From positions 39,372,001 to 39,436,000 of the forward strand of contig NC_086108.1 of the NCBI RefSeq assembly GCF_963921235.1: a stretch of 64,000 nt of DNA, given 5' to 3'. Within the stretch, counting starts at the first letter, position 1. Each line of letters opens with the position of its first letter. Origin of the DNA: Mobula hypostoma (Eukaryota). The notes beneath the pieces are model-generated. The model was not told where the DNA came from, ran no database searches, and worked only from the letters and a program-made list of their open reading frames with translations. The position numbers and the translations under genes are program-made. Shown piece after piece: positions 1 through 12,261 of the stretch.

Positions 1-201
1 TGGGAATAACAATGAAAGGGCCATTTCCAATAAATAAACAGGTCTAAGGAAGATATGATTCAGGTAAAGACAAAACAGAAAAGTTTGAATGTTTCTCCAA
101 ATGGAAAAATAAGACAATTACCTGGATGAAACACACCCATGCAAATTTACCATTCGCCAGGAAGGAATTATATATATCACTCCACAATGTGCACATAATC
201 A

Positions 202-3200
202 TTGGAGCTTATTGTTATACGACCAAGAGCTAGGATAAGAGGCTCTGAGTGTCCAGTGTGTTGGTGTGGGAGAGCATTTTCCAGCATTAAAGGTTTACAA
301 GTCCACCAAGCAAAGTTGAGGTGCTATTCCATCCCAGTGGATGAAGATGAGATTACGTCACCAAGCACAGATGATGTGGTCTTTTCAACCACTGATTCAC
401 AAGCCACAGCGATTCGCTCTGGAGAGAGTCATCATACTCCTGGTCAGACGAGAGATAACCCAGGTCAGGTTTCAGACCACAGCACCCAGGTAGATCCTTC
501 GCATGATGGCAGTGATGAGGAGGTAGAGAAGAAGAGGAAGGTCAAGTGGCCAGCAATGGCAGATGAGAAGGCTTGGCGTGTATTTGATGAGGATATCAGT
601 ATGATATTGGAGAACACTCTCAGGGGAACAACAAAGAGAAAGTTGGAAGTGATGGGCAATATGATTTACGATGTTGGAAAGTACAGGTTTGGTTTGCTTG
701 AATTGAAGAAAGCAAAGCCTACACAGCAACCAAGCAGGTGCCAGAAGGAGATTAGGAGGTTGAGGAGACAGCTTAGATCGTTGAGACAGAGGTGGAAGGT
801 AGCAAGTAAGAGTGACAAGCCAGGGCTTTCTGATCTCTGAGGGCATTTTGGAATAAAGTTAGCATCACTCCATCATGCAGAGTCACAACATAAAGAGAAA
901 GAAGAGAGAGAAGGCAAGAAAGTCGTTCTTTAAGAACCCTCATGAGTTCACAGAGAAACTGTTTGAACAAAGTAAGAGCGGGCAGATTAACATCTCTCAA
1001 CAAGAACTTGAGGATCACCTGGCAAGCACTTACTCTAACGAACAGCGGGAGGCTCCTTTGCTTGATATTTCAGGGCCTGTGAAGCCTACCAAGCCAGGAG
1101 TGAAGTTCAATCTGTCAGAACCCAAATTGGCAGAAGTCAAATGGTTTCATCAGAAAGGTAAGGTCAGGCTCAGTGCCAGGACTTAATGGAGTGCCGTATA
1201 AGGTGTTCAAGAAGTGTGAACAGCTGAGGAAGTACTTGTGGAGATTGTTAGAGGTGGTGTGGAGACAAGGTGTTTTTCCTTTGTTGTGGAGTGAGACTGA
1301 AGGAGTATACATCCCGAAGGAAGAGAATTCTTCTACATTGAATCAGTTCCGACCAATTTCACTCCTGAATATAGAGGGGAGGATTATGTTTGACATTCTG
1401 GCAGAAAGAATATCTTCATTTGTGATAGAGAATGGATTAGTAAATACGTCTGTGCAGAAGGCAGGAATACCAGGCTTCCCAGGATGCGTTGAACATTCTA
1501 GTATGATATGGCATACTATCCAGGAGTCAAAAAGGTTGAGAAGAAATCTGGCTGTAGTTTGGCCTGATCTGGCAAATGCTTATGGTTCTGTTCCCCATGT
1601 CCTGATTGAGTTTGTGATGGAATTCCTGTGGATTCCTGCTAAGGTGAGGAACTTTGTTATGCAGTACTACAACGATTTCCAGATGAGGTTTTCCACTCAG
1701 CAGTTTACAACTAGGTGGCAGAGCTTGGATGTTGGAATCCCAATGGGATGTGTGATTTCACCCATCCTTTTTGTGTTAGCCATGGAGGTCATTGTGAGGG
1801 CTGCAGAATCAGTGGGACCAGGTGTCGCACTTGATGGCAGAGAGGAATTACCACCAATATGAGCGTTCATGGCTGATCTTACCCTTTTGGGTTGCAGCAC
1901 GGAGGCAGTGGAAAATGTACTATCTAGACTCAAGAAGCTAATGGATTGGGGAAGAATGAAGTTCAAGACCAAGAAGTCAAGGAGCCTTGTTCTTAGGAGA
2001 GGAAAGCTGGTTGACTTTCATTTCACCCTTTGTGGAGAGGAGATTCCATCCATTCAAGACCAACCAGTTAAGAGCCTCGGGCGATGGTACACAGAGGAGC
2101 TGAGAGACACCAAGAGGGTTCAAGAGACAGGAGAACAGATCAGCAGAGGTCTGATGTCTGTTGACAAGTGTGGCTTGCCTGGCAAGTTGAAGTTGTGGTG
2201 CTTGCAATATGGACTGATGCCACGGATAATGTGGCCACAAACTGTCTATGAAGTGGCAATGCCCCATGTTGAGGCAATGGAACGGAAGATCAACAAGTAT
2301 GTGAAGAAGTGGCTTGGAGTACCGAGCAGCCTCACCAATGTTACAATCCACAGTAGCCAGACAAAGCTTACCATCCCAGTGCAATCCCTTGTGGAAGAGG
2401 TCAAGGTAGCCAAGGTAAGATCATCCTTGATGCTTCGAGACTCAAAAGACCCTGTCATCAAGAACACCCAGCCGGATGTGCAGTCAGGCAGGAAGTGGTC
2501 AGCCCGTGTAGCAGTTGATGAGGCAGAGTCTAGATTGAAGCACAAGGAGACGATTGAGGTTATCCAGCTGGGCCGCCAGGGCCTTGGATGGACAAACCAC
2601 AAGTGGTGGTCATTTTCTGCAGGTAAGGAGCGCCGTGAGCTTGTAACACAAGAAATACGAGAGGTAGAAGAGGAGAAGAGGTTAGCTAAAACAGCTGGCC
2701 TGGCCAAACAAGGGGCTTGGACCTGGTGGGAAAGTGTTGAACAATGACATCTATCTTGGAACGTTCTGTGGCAGATGGAACCGCTCCGCATTTCTTTTCT
2801 ATGCAGAGCAACATACGATCTGCTCCCAACACCTGCCAACCTCAGCACCTGGCATGAAGATAAGACAGACAGGTGTGTTGCTTGTGGCGAGAAGGGAACA
2901 CTTCAGCGTATTTTGAGTGCATGCAGAGTCAATCCTTCCAGCGGCATGTACACTTGGAGACATAACAATGTTCTCAAAGTTGTAACAGAAGCGGTTGAGC
3001 ACAGAGTACTGCAGCACAACTTATCTCATGCCCCATGCTGCACAGAACATCGTATATCATATGTGAAAGAAGGCTCCAAGTCAAGGGTGTACAGCACAGG
3101 CTCACGATCAGGCATACTTTCCTCAGCCAATGATTGGTGTGTCAAGGCTGACCTGGATGGGAAAGGCAGTTTCCCAGAGCAAATAGCTTTCACCACATTG

Positions 3201-3533
3201 CGTCCAGATATAATCGTATGGTCTGACACCAGTAGAGAAGTGGTTATTGGTGAACTCACAGTCTCCTGGGAAGACATCATTGATGAAGCCCATAAGTGCA
3301 AGTTAACCAAGTATGCAGAATTAAGATCAGAGTGCAGAGACAGAGGGTGGAAGGTCTCATGCTATCCATTCGAAGTAGGCTGCCGTGGGTTTATTGCGTT
3401 CACTTTCCAGAAGTGGCTGCGTGACCTTGGCTTCACTAGAAGAGAGATCAAGTTAACCAGCAGGGCTGTAGCTGAGGTAGCAGGGAAAAGATCAGCATGG
3501 GTGTGGACCAAGTATGTCCAGAAGGGCAGATAG
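202..3533 (+). pseudogene. Disrupted ZnF-RT-RLE polyprotein of the HERO-like element
   Basis: Pieces 202-840, 875-1186, 1173-1862, 1869-2747, 2775-3533; stops at 838-840, 1860-1862, 2745-2747; frameshifts near 870 and 1150. Confidence 0.9.
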
Positions 3534-3655
3534 TCAGACAGTGTATACATATCTTGCAAACCCTTCAGTAGTTGCATAGACACCTGAAGAGTAGACTATC
3601 TGTTGGATGGAAGTGACCAACAACTCTGATAGAGGCAGATGCCAAGTTTTTAAGC

Positions 3656-3774
3656 TCACCAGTGAGAGGTAGTGCTTTAGCACAGCTGGCCCACAACCTT
3701 GAGAGAGTCTTGCTCATAAGCGGGCCGAAACTCCTGAAGACAGGTGGTAGATCAACTGATGATCCCACTGGTGA
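3656..3774 (+). ncRNA. Structured RNA in the retrotransposon 3' UTR; candidate pseudoknotted hammerhead-like ribozyme
   Basis: Closing helix 3656-3667/3763-3774 (11/12 pairs); hairpin 3668-3687; GGCCC/GGGCC; GAGU-C with GAA-ACUC; UUGCUC with GAUCAA-CUGAUGA. See findings. Confidence 0.55.
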
Positions 3775-5549
3775 TACCACAGGACAGTTAACATCTTAGT
3801 CCACATGTATTTTTTTAACTCTTGCATAATAAATCCTGTTTGCTTCACTTTGTTTACTCACGGTACCGAAATAGTTTTTTGCTGAAGAACTAGTCCAAGG
3901 AAAAAATATTTATCAATGCAATATGCAAAGAAAAAGCATTGAACTTTCCCCAATGTTGTGTGCCAGCTGACTAACTGAAAGTTACTGTATCTGCACATTC
4001 TCCGTGAGACCATAATGTGCATGAGAATTTTCTGACATCTGTATCTGTTCATCCTAATTCGGTTCTGTTAGTGTTTTACCATGTTTTTCTACTATATTTG
4101 CTGCCTGTTTCCATCTCTGTCTTTCTCCTTCTTTCTTGAAACTTCTTTGATCCTGCACTCTGTTAAATAGCTACCCATTCTTTTTCCCACTCATCTTACT
4201 GGCCAAAATGTTAGGACAAATCCTATTGGCTAATTACAACAAGCCTAACTTTATCAACTGAATTTTTATTTTAAACGCCAAAAATGAAAAAACAAATTTT
4301 ATAATGTAATTAAAAGGACATTTTTATATAGATTTGCATTTTGAGAAAATCTTCAGAAAATAAAATAAAACATCGTCTTAAACCAGTGTATTACATATAA
4401 AACAACTAAGTCTGACCATGAGCTTGACGGACATCACAGCTCGATGCCATCTTCACCCCACTGGTAAATTACCATTTGTTACCATATCACTGACATCATA
4501 GAAACTTCTGAAATGTAAGGTCACAAGTTTTATTCATTGATGATATTCATTTCCCCTATCCCTTACTGTATCAATTAGTCAAAAAAAATGTTCTCTATTG
4601 CAATGTACTTTGATTTTGCCATCTGAAAACAATCTGATTTATTTTCCTATATGCTTTGATATTTCATCAAAATGATGTTATAATTTGATACATAGAGGTA
4701 GTAGTTCTTTCACATTAGTATTAATTTTGTCACATTAATGTGTGATCAGATGCAGAGGCTGCTATTAAATTTTACTCAATTTCCAGATAAAACAGTTAAA
4801 CTTGTCATTAATTAATATAACAGGCTTTTCCTACAAGGGGCAGTGAGATCTAAAAGGAAACACAGTTAGAAGATGTACAGCTAACCTAGCTCTCAGAATC
4901 AATGCTTCCTTGCCAAGCATTTCCACTCTGCATCCAAAAGGGACTCCTTTGCACAGCCCCAGTTTCTCCAACTACATCACAACTGTTTTAATGATGCCAT
5001 ACTTTATGCCCATGCTTTCAGTATATGTTCCATTTTCCTCAGTCCAGGATTTTCCTCCACCAGAGTTTACTGGAGTCTCTGGTCTGTCTCTCTCCCAATT
5101 TGCAGCCTTCTACTTTCATTCCTTCCTCTTCCTTCCAGAACACTTACAGGGGATCTTTTTGTCTTCATCTTCGGCCTCATCAGCTTTCACAGTCATTCTC
5201 CTCAATCTTTGCCCCTTTAAGCATGATATCACCTGCAAGTGCTACTTTCCTTTACATCCCCTTCAGGATTCTGAAGGAACAGCGCACTCTGTGATATTAG
5301 TCTACATCACAATCACCAACACCACTCCTTTCCAATGGAAACACATGAAGTGCAAAGCCTGTTCTTTTACTTGACAGGAATTTAACATTTTTACAGGATT
5401 CGTTTTCTTCTTCTTGTAAAGTTTAATAGCGGTTGGCAGAACAACATAAGGTGCATTACCGCCACCTACTGAGTTGGAGTATGGAGCAGAGAGGCAGGAA
5501 GTATTCCCACTAAATTCATCCCCCCCAAAAGTCACATCATATCAAAATG

Positions 5550-8500
5550 TCTAATGTTTTTCAGAAAGTCAAATACACAATTATATACATTAGAATGGCC
5601 ATGATATTCTAACAAACATTCCATGTTAAACTGTGTTTGTCCTAAGGATCTCAATTTACTAATTACAGTAGATGTTTCTTTTGCACCTCTTTGGAAATGC
5701 ATTTAAACAATATATGCCACACCATTTCTAGACAAGTACACTTGCTATAAATGCCTATATCATGCATAATAATTATGAACAAGAAATTATTCAACTCCAG
5801 TGTGCCCAATACGTAAATGTGTAAGCATAATTTCCCCCCTTTTATACCATCGCCCAGTTGTGTTCCTACCTTCCTTTGAATTTTATATAAAATGCCTTCC
5901 TTTATTTTCCTTCTCCCAATTTTGTTGCCATGAAGATCGAATAGAGGTTTTAAGTATTGCTTTCACTTCCCCTTTATGCAAAGGCACCACCATATTTCTA
6001 ACCTTAATGTTAAGTGATTCCTTGGCTAGAATGTCTGCCATCTTGTTTCCTTTAACCCCAACAGGGGGAGGGACCCATAAGAAATGTATACACAAGACTA
6101 GGCCCTGCAGCCTCAGCAGATGCTGTCCAATCTCAAGAAGAATGTCTGGTCTACATTTTGAAATACATGTTTTAATCAAAGTCAAAATCAAGAATAAATC
6201 AGAGGACAGAATTACATACATAATCAGAGCTTACTTCTTCAACATATTCCAAGGTTACTTAAACAACTCAAGATTTTGAGCCAATTCATTTCCCATACAC
6301 CCAAGATTGAAGATCTTATGAATACAGTGCACCAATAATGTTGCCAATATTGGATGACCAACTTCATGACCTCTTACGTTAACCCATTAAATTCACATAA
6401 TATCAAAAAGTTATTATGCTAACTGTAACCTACATAGATGTTCAAAGTTCAATATAAATTTATTATCAAAGTATTTATAGGTCACCATATACAACTCTAA
6501 GATTTATTTTTGTGTGGGAAAACTCAGTAAATCTATAGAATAATAACCATAACACCGCCCAACTAGGGCATTCAATGGAAGACTGTCCAAGTAGGGCATT
6601 TAACCAGAGTGCAGAAGACAATAAGCTGTGGAAGTAGAAGAAGAAGAAATAATAATAATAAATAAACAAACAATAAATATCATATGATACTTCACCCATT
6701 TCTACCAGTAATGCTGAAATTAGCAATGATGTAATAGCGCTACAAAATAATCTCACTGCTTGAGTTTGAATGTTATTTAGGGGGTTTAAGACTGCTGGTG
6801 AGGCTGATCCATAAGCAACATATCCATAATCAAAGACAAATCTGACTAAAGGAATATATATTTGTTTCAGTAACCTCCTACTCACACCCAACTAAGCACC
6901 TGAGCACATTAAGGGCTGTTTTATGTTTTTATTCATCTGAACCTTTCATGATAGCCTTGTGTCTCTCTGCAAACCTAGAAACTTTACCACTGACTCTTGT
7001 TTAAGAGATTTACTAGATAATTTGAGATCAATTGTGGGTGTCATGTTCCTTTTAGAAAAACAAATAAGTCTTTGCAATAGTAAAGTTAAACCCCCACCAT
7101 CGTCCCCATTCCTCTGCTTCATTAATAGCTGTCTGCATTTTCCTTACTATATAATTTATATTCATGCCTCTCTTCCACACTGCACCATCATTACCATATA
7201 ATGATATGGAAATATCTGGTCCAACATTTAAGAAAATATCATTAATCATTATATTAAAAAAGAGTGGGCTACACACAATCCCCTGGGGTGTCCCATTCTC
7301 TATCTGAGAGAATGTTTTTCTCACACTAAGTTGTATCTTCCTATCATATAAGAAATCTTGAATCCAAGTGAACATTCTACCACCTATTCCCATTTTTTTT
7401 CCATTTTAAGCAGGAACCGTTGTGTCCATAACATATCATAAGCTTTTCCTACATCAAAGAAAACTGCTACCACTGATTCTTTATTAACTGGGGCCTTATG
7501 AATATCGATTCCAAACTTAACACCGAGTCCATGGTCATTCTCCCTTTACTAAATCTAGATTGGTATACAACTAATTTTCCATTACTTTCCACAAAATAAG
7601 AAAGCCTTGCTATAACCATTCATTCCATTATCTTCTATACATGTGAAGTTAGTGAAATGGGTCTATAACTGGCAGGATCTGATTGATCCTTTACCAAGTT
7701 TCATTGTAGGGATAACAACTGCTAAATTCCAGGAAGTAGTAAGTCACCCTTCAACCCATATTGTATTAAAGAATTTCAAAACCAACATAAGTTTTGGATC
7801 CGATAACCATGTAAACATATAATATCAAATATCATCTTTCCCAGGTGATGTATGACCAGCACCATTAATAGCACTTTTAAGATCAGACACTATAAATTCA
7901 GCATCCAAGCAGGAACTGGCAAATTCTTTTTTCTCAGCAATCTGCCCGAGGATTGCTTGCCAAAATTATTTCTCTATAAGACCACTCTTCATTACTTAAA
8001 ATTGGCTGAACTATGTACACTGCCATATGTTTTTGCTAATAACTCAGCTTTTTCAGAGTCAGTAACTGCAATCTTCTCCCCACCATACAAAACACCATTA
8101 TGTTTTCTAATTCCCCCCAATCTCTGTATCATACCCACAAACTTCTCCTACCTGGATCTCTTTCCCAATGCTATCACAATATGTTCTCCAATACATTTTC
8201 TTTGCCCTTCTCATTTCTCTTCTAACTATAACTTGAGCTCATTTATATTGTATGTAAGATGAATAGGAGTAACAGTTTCCTAAAACCTTTATTCGGCTCC
8301 TTTACGCTCTCTTACATTCATCTGTCCACCAGGGAACAGCTCTCCTCTTATTATCTCCCAGTGATCTGGGAATTGATGCCTTAGCTGTTGAACTGAGTAC
8401 AGAACACAAGGTATTATTACTCAACTTGATTTCCTCAAAAACCAAATGATCAAGAAATCTACTTTCACACGAATCATCAAATACTTCCCGATTTGCCTTT

Positions 8501-8620
8501 TTAAAATTCCACCTGGAGATATGAGAACCTTTCCTTTGACGCACTTCTATTCCCATTATACAGATAATGGGAAAATGATAACTCCTAACTGTTGTATCAT
8601 TATACACTTCCCATTTACAC
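5550..8620 (-). mobile_element. Degraded I/Nimb-like LINE ORF2 (endonuclease end, RT, RNase H)
   Basis: SYHFPI (SDHFPI), WNFKKAN, VPWWTDEC (8302-8622); NGTPQGIVCSPLFFNIMIND..LYGND (7052-7393); RNase H end FLWVPPPVGVKGNKMADILAK (5883-6221). Confidence 0.8.
6440..6680 (-). mobile_element. Rex1/Babar-like LINE 3' tail inserted in the I-like LINE
   Basis: gttcaaagttcaa...gtcaccatatacaac...accagagtgcagaagacaa, closely similar to the tail at 20858-21050. Confidence 0.65.
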
Positions 8621-9440
8621 ACACGACTGGGGAGGCGGAGCTAAGTAGTTATGGTGCCCAACGGCGATACCTTTGCTTGCATCTTTGAAAACAGTCCAAT
8701 TTCCATCTTTAATATCTCTAATTTTCCCTTTCAGGGTTATTTTGAAGTTAAACACTGGAGTTAAACACTGACTATGGTTCTTTGCAGGAATGGGACCTGT
8801 TCTCGGGGTTCCACAATCGGCTGCTATTCGGCATGCCAAAGTCTCAGCCTAAGACTTCGGCACGGTTTTAGGAGCCTAGGATCTCGAGTAACTGGAGATG
8901 GGCGAGTCAAGGGTCGGTGTCGCCAGGAGATCCGTGTGTCATTGGGGAAGTTGGATCATCTGCTCTGTGCCTGGGGACCTGGGATTCTTGTGATCTCCAG
9001 GCACAGAGATCGAAAAAAGTGACATAACAGACTTTTAACATCATAAACCAGCAAGTTGTTTGTTATCTCTTCCCACTAGTTGGAAAATGGAGCCACCTCT
9101 TTCTCCTTATTAGGAGAGAGAGGGCCTGCAACATGTTGAGTTATCGGGTGAACAGCTTTGGAGTAACTGCAGGTCTGTGTCTTTGCTATTGCTTTGCTCA
9201 CGCTTGAGTGCTGGTAGCGGGTGTGCTTTATTTTTGCTGGTGGGGGGGAGGGGGATTGTTGTTCACTGCCACTTATGTGCGGGAGGGAGGGGAGTTGGGG
9301 GGGCACTTTGAGGTTCTAACTTTTAACTGTCATTCATTCTTTGGGGCACTCTGTTTTCGTAGATGGTTGCGAAGGAAAAGCATTTCAGGATGTATATTGT
9401 ATACATTTCTCTGACATTAAATGTACCATTGAACCTTTGC
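8620..9440 (+). mobile_element. Non-coding retroposon-like insertion ending in a LINE-type 3' tail
   Basis: GC-richer block that begins where the I-like LINE homology stops; ends catttcaggatgtatattgtatacatttctctgacattaaa..gaaccttg, resembling the Rex1-like tails elsewhere in the window. Confidence 0.5.
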
Positions 9441-9744
9441 TATATGCTCCGATACCAGTGTAAGGTAGAAAGCAGAAATAGTGTTGTTAAATAGATTAGT
9501 CCTTGTTCTCCTACCTTATGTTCGAGCACACCAAACGTTTCTCTTCGGGAAAGTCTTCCATCACTGTCCCATTCACATTTGTGTCACCACAATACACCAT
9601 AGTACTATGAACATTAAAATCCCTAAACCATATAACCTTATTTTTTCCATTTTCACTTGCACTTTCCATTATATCAGGTGCTAACCTTTCAGAAGGATTA
9701 TGAAAAATTTATTATCTATACTTTACTATTCTTTCTTCAAATTT

Positions 9745-12253
9745 CAGCCAGTCGGAACCAGAAGTGACATTGGTAAACAAGGACACACACGCGCTCTTGG
9801 CAGGCTAGAGAGTATCCAAAGTAAAATGTGGTCGAGCTGAAATCACTCTGTAAATCTGTAAATAAAATAGTTCTAGCATTTTTACCCATGCAAGTTTGGC
9901 TTTGTTAAAGAACAAACATAACACGGCGCCAGAAGTTGGCATGAGGTCTAAATATGAAGCATAACTGAATACTGTGAGTGACCAAGAAAGAGACACCAGG
10001 TTCCGCCCAGGAGAACACGTTGTGTCTTGAAGCTGCTGGAGTTTACTGGATTCATTAAGAGAACACCAAGTGAGAGACGCCCAAAAAATCCTGTTATGGA
10101 TAACCTAAGTCCACCCATACCTATGCAGCTTACCAGCAACCTAACTGATAATTGGAAATGCTTCAAACAGTGATTCAATATATAGTTAGCAATGAGTAGA
10201 GCTGGAGTATGGAGGAAAAATTGAAAGCATCTATCTGCTTGCATGTAACAGGCAAAGATGGACATCTCAAACAGTTTTCAAAATCATGAGACGGACTTTA
10301 AACTGAGCACTCTGATGATAAAATTGGAGGAGTATTGTCCCAAGTAAAAACAGCATGTTTGAAAGATGTAAGTTTTCCTCCTGTGAACAGAAACAAAGTG
10401 TTAGCTTTGACTAATGCTTAGCTGAACTTCACACAATCTGTAAGTCCTGTGAGCTTGGAGATTTGAGAAATTCACTCGTCAGAAACAAAATAGTTTGTGG
10501 AATCCCAGAAAATAGGCTCAGAAAAAGCTTGCCCCATGGAAAAGATTTAATGCCAGAAAAGGCTATGAGTATATGTAAGGCAGCAGAGACCACACAAGCT
10601 CAAGCTAAGGAGCTGCACAGAGCAGAAACAATAGTGCATGCTGTGAAAACAGGGACAGGGCTCAAGGTGTTTCACAAAGCAACTGGAAACCAAAGAGGTA
10701 GGCAGAAACAGTAAATGCAGCAAATGTGGAGGTATGTACATGCCAAAGAAGTGTCCTGCTGATGGAAAGTCCTGCAATATTGTGGGTAGAGGAATCATTT
10801 CACTAAGTGCTACAAGGCTACCAAGAGAAAGGTGCACTCACTTACTAAGGAAATGAAGGAAGTCTTTGTAGATTCTTTACAGACTGCTGGTGCTGGTGAG
10901 ATAGAACAGATCATCTCAGTGACTGTGAATGAGACAGTAATTCCACTCAAGCTTGACACCAGAGCCCAGGTGAATCTATTGTCTATGGATGATTATAAGA
11001 GTCTCAAAGTAAAGAGCAAGATTTGCCCAGTGAATTTAAAAGTGACGGGCTATATTGGAGAGAATGATCCATTAAAAGGAGGCTGTACAGTGACAAAGGG
11101 CAGCACCTAAGGACAGAGCTACTGATTGTTGAAAAGTGAGTACACCCAACATTAGGTCGGAGTGCATGTGAAAGGCTCAACCTAGTGGAAAGCGCTTTCG
11201 TTGTGGCCTCACAGACCAAAGGTGACCAAGCAACACTCAATAAAGAGTACACTGATATCTTTGAGGGGCTCGGATACTTAGCCGATAGAGCTCAAGAAAC
11301 TCGAAACAGCATCCATGAGAGAACCAGAGAGGTTATGCAAGAGAAGCACAAGAACTCCACCTTCCATAGACATCTGTACCAGCTACACCAGCATGACAGT
11401 CAGGATGCTAGTGCTGAACAGAGTGATCATGATGAAGAAGTCACCAGGCTTGCTTCCACATGATTTAGCTTTGGCTCAAAATCTGTCTCTCATCGACTTC
11501 CAGTAAAAGACTGAAAATCAAAATTATCTCCATGATCCTTTCTGAGGTTGAAAAGGAAAAATAAAAAGGAAGGTGGGGAGACCACACAAGATCCAAGGTC
11601 AGAACAACAGCAACAATTCAACACAAACTAACAAGAGGAGTTGCTATCTATGCTACGCAGACAACAGAATAAGCTCTGTAAATTGAGACAGACTCAAATG
11701 GAACTTGTACGAAGACTCACTGATCACATGGATGTAGTCAGAGCTCCATTACGAGACACGTGGAGCAAATAATGGCCACAGAGCAAGAACGAAAACAGAG
11801 ACTGAACATAGCAAATGAAAGCTCTACATCTGTGGAAACAAACAGCAGATTGAAAGAGACCATTAAACCACCACATAGGCAGATTGAAAGTAGATGAGTG
11901 AATAAGGGGCTGTACTTTCTCATTACAATTGAAGTTAACATAAATATCTTTGTTGGAAAGCATTATGTGTCTTGCAGGTTTATAAGGACATACTATTGTG
12001 TTTATTTTCTTTAAAGGGGGAAGACGTGTTATCAGGTGTCTACATAATAAAGAACTTCAGTTCCCTGCGTTGCTATGTAGCTGGTTCAGCTGGAGCTGGA
12101 AGTGACGTTGGTGAACAGCTCACACACGCTTGGCAGGCTGAAGGTCCCGAGTAAAATGTGGTTGAGCTGAGACCTTCTGTAAATCTGTATATAAAATAGT
12201 TCCAGCATTTTTACCCACTCAAGTTTGTCTTTATTAGAGAACAAGCATAATCA
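9745..12253 (+). mobile_element. Internally deleted Gypsy LTR retrotransposon (LTR, PBS, gag, protease, PPT, LTR)
   Basis: Direct repeats ~9745-9923 and 12027-12253 (TG..CA); PBS-like cggcgccagaagttgg at 9924; PPT aaagggggaag before 12027; gag RNKIVCGIPENRLRKSL..EKAMSICKAAE; protease LKLDTRAQVNLL; no RT or integrase seen. Confidence 0.85.
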
Positions 12254-12261
12254 GGGATACC

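Larger units (their letters stand above)
202..3800 (+). mobile_element. Decayed, apparently near full-length non-LTR retrotransposon with restriction-like endonuclease (HERO-like, R2 group)
   Basis: Colinear ORF pieces: N-terminal Zn-finger-like CWCGRAFSSIKGLQVHQAKLRC; RT motifs FRPISLLN, DLANAYGSVPH, GIPMGCVISPILF, PPI*AFMAD (FMDD mutated); knuckle CVACGEKGTLQRILSAC; RLE motifs RHNNVL, LRPDIIVW, ELTVSWE, KLTKY. Exact ends and TSD not found. Confidence 0.9.

Noticed and set aside
3695..3765. SECIS element or C/D-box snoRNA reading of the HERO-like 3' UTR
   Set aside because: No 11-12-bp SECIS helix with an apical AA, and the UGAUGA lies at the 3' side rather than the 5' end. The in-frame TGAs of the ORF are more simply decay mutations.
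3858..4052. 64-aa minus-strand ORF ending at a GTGAGT donor
   Set aside because: No recognisable homology; not supportable as a CDS.
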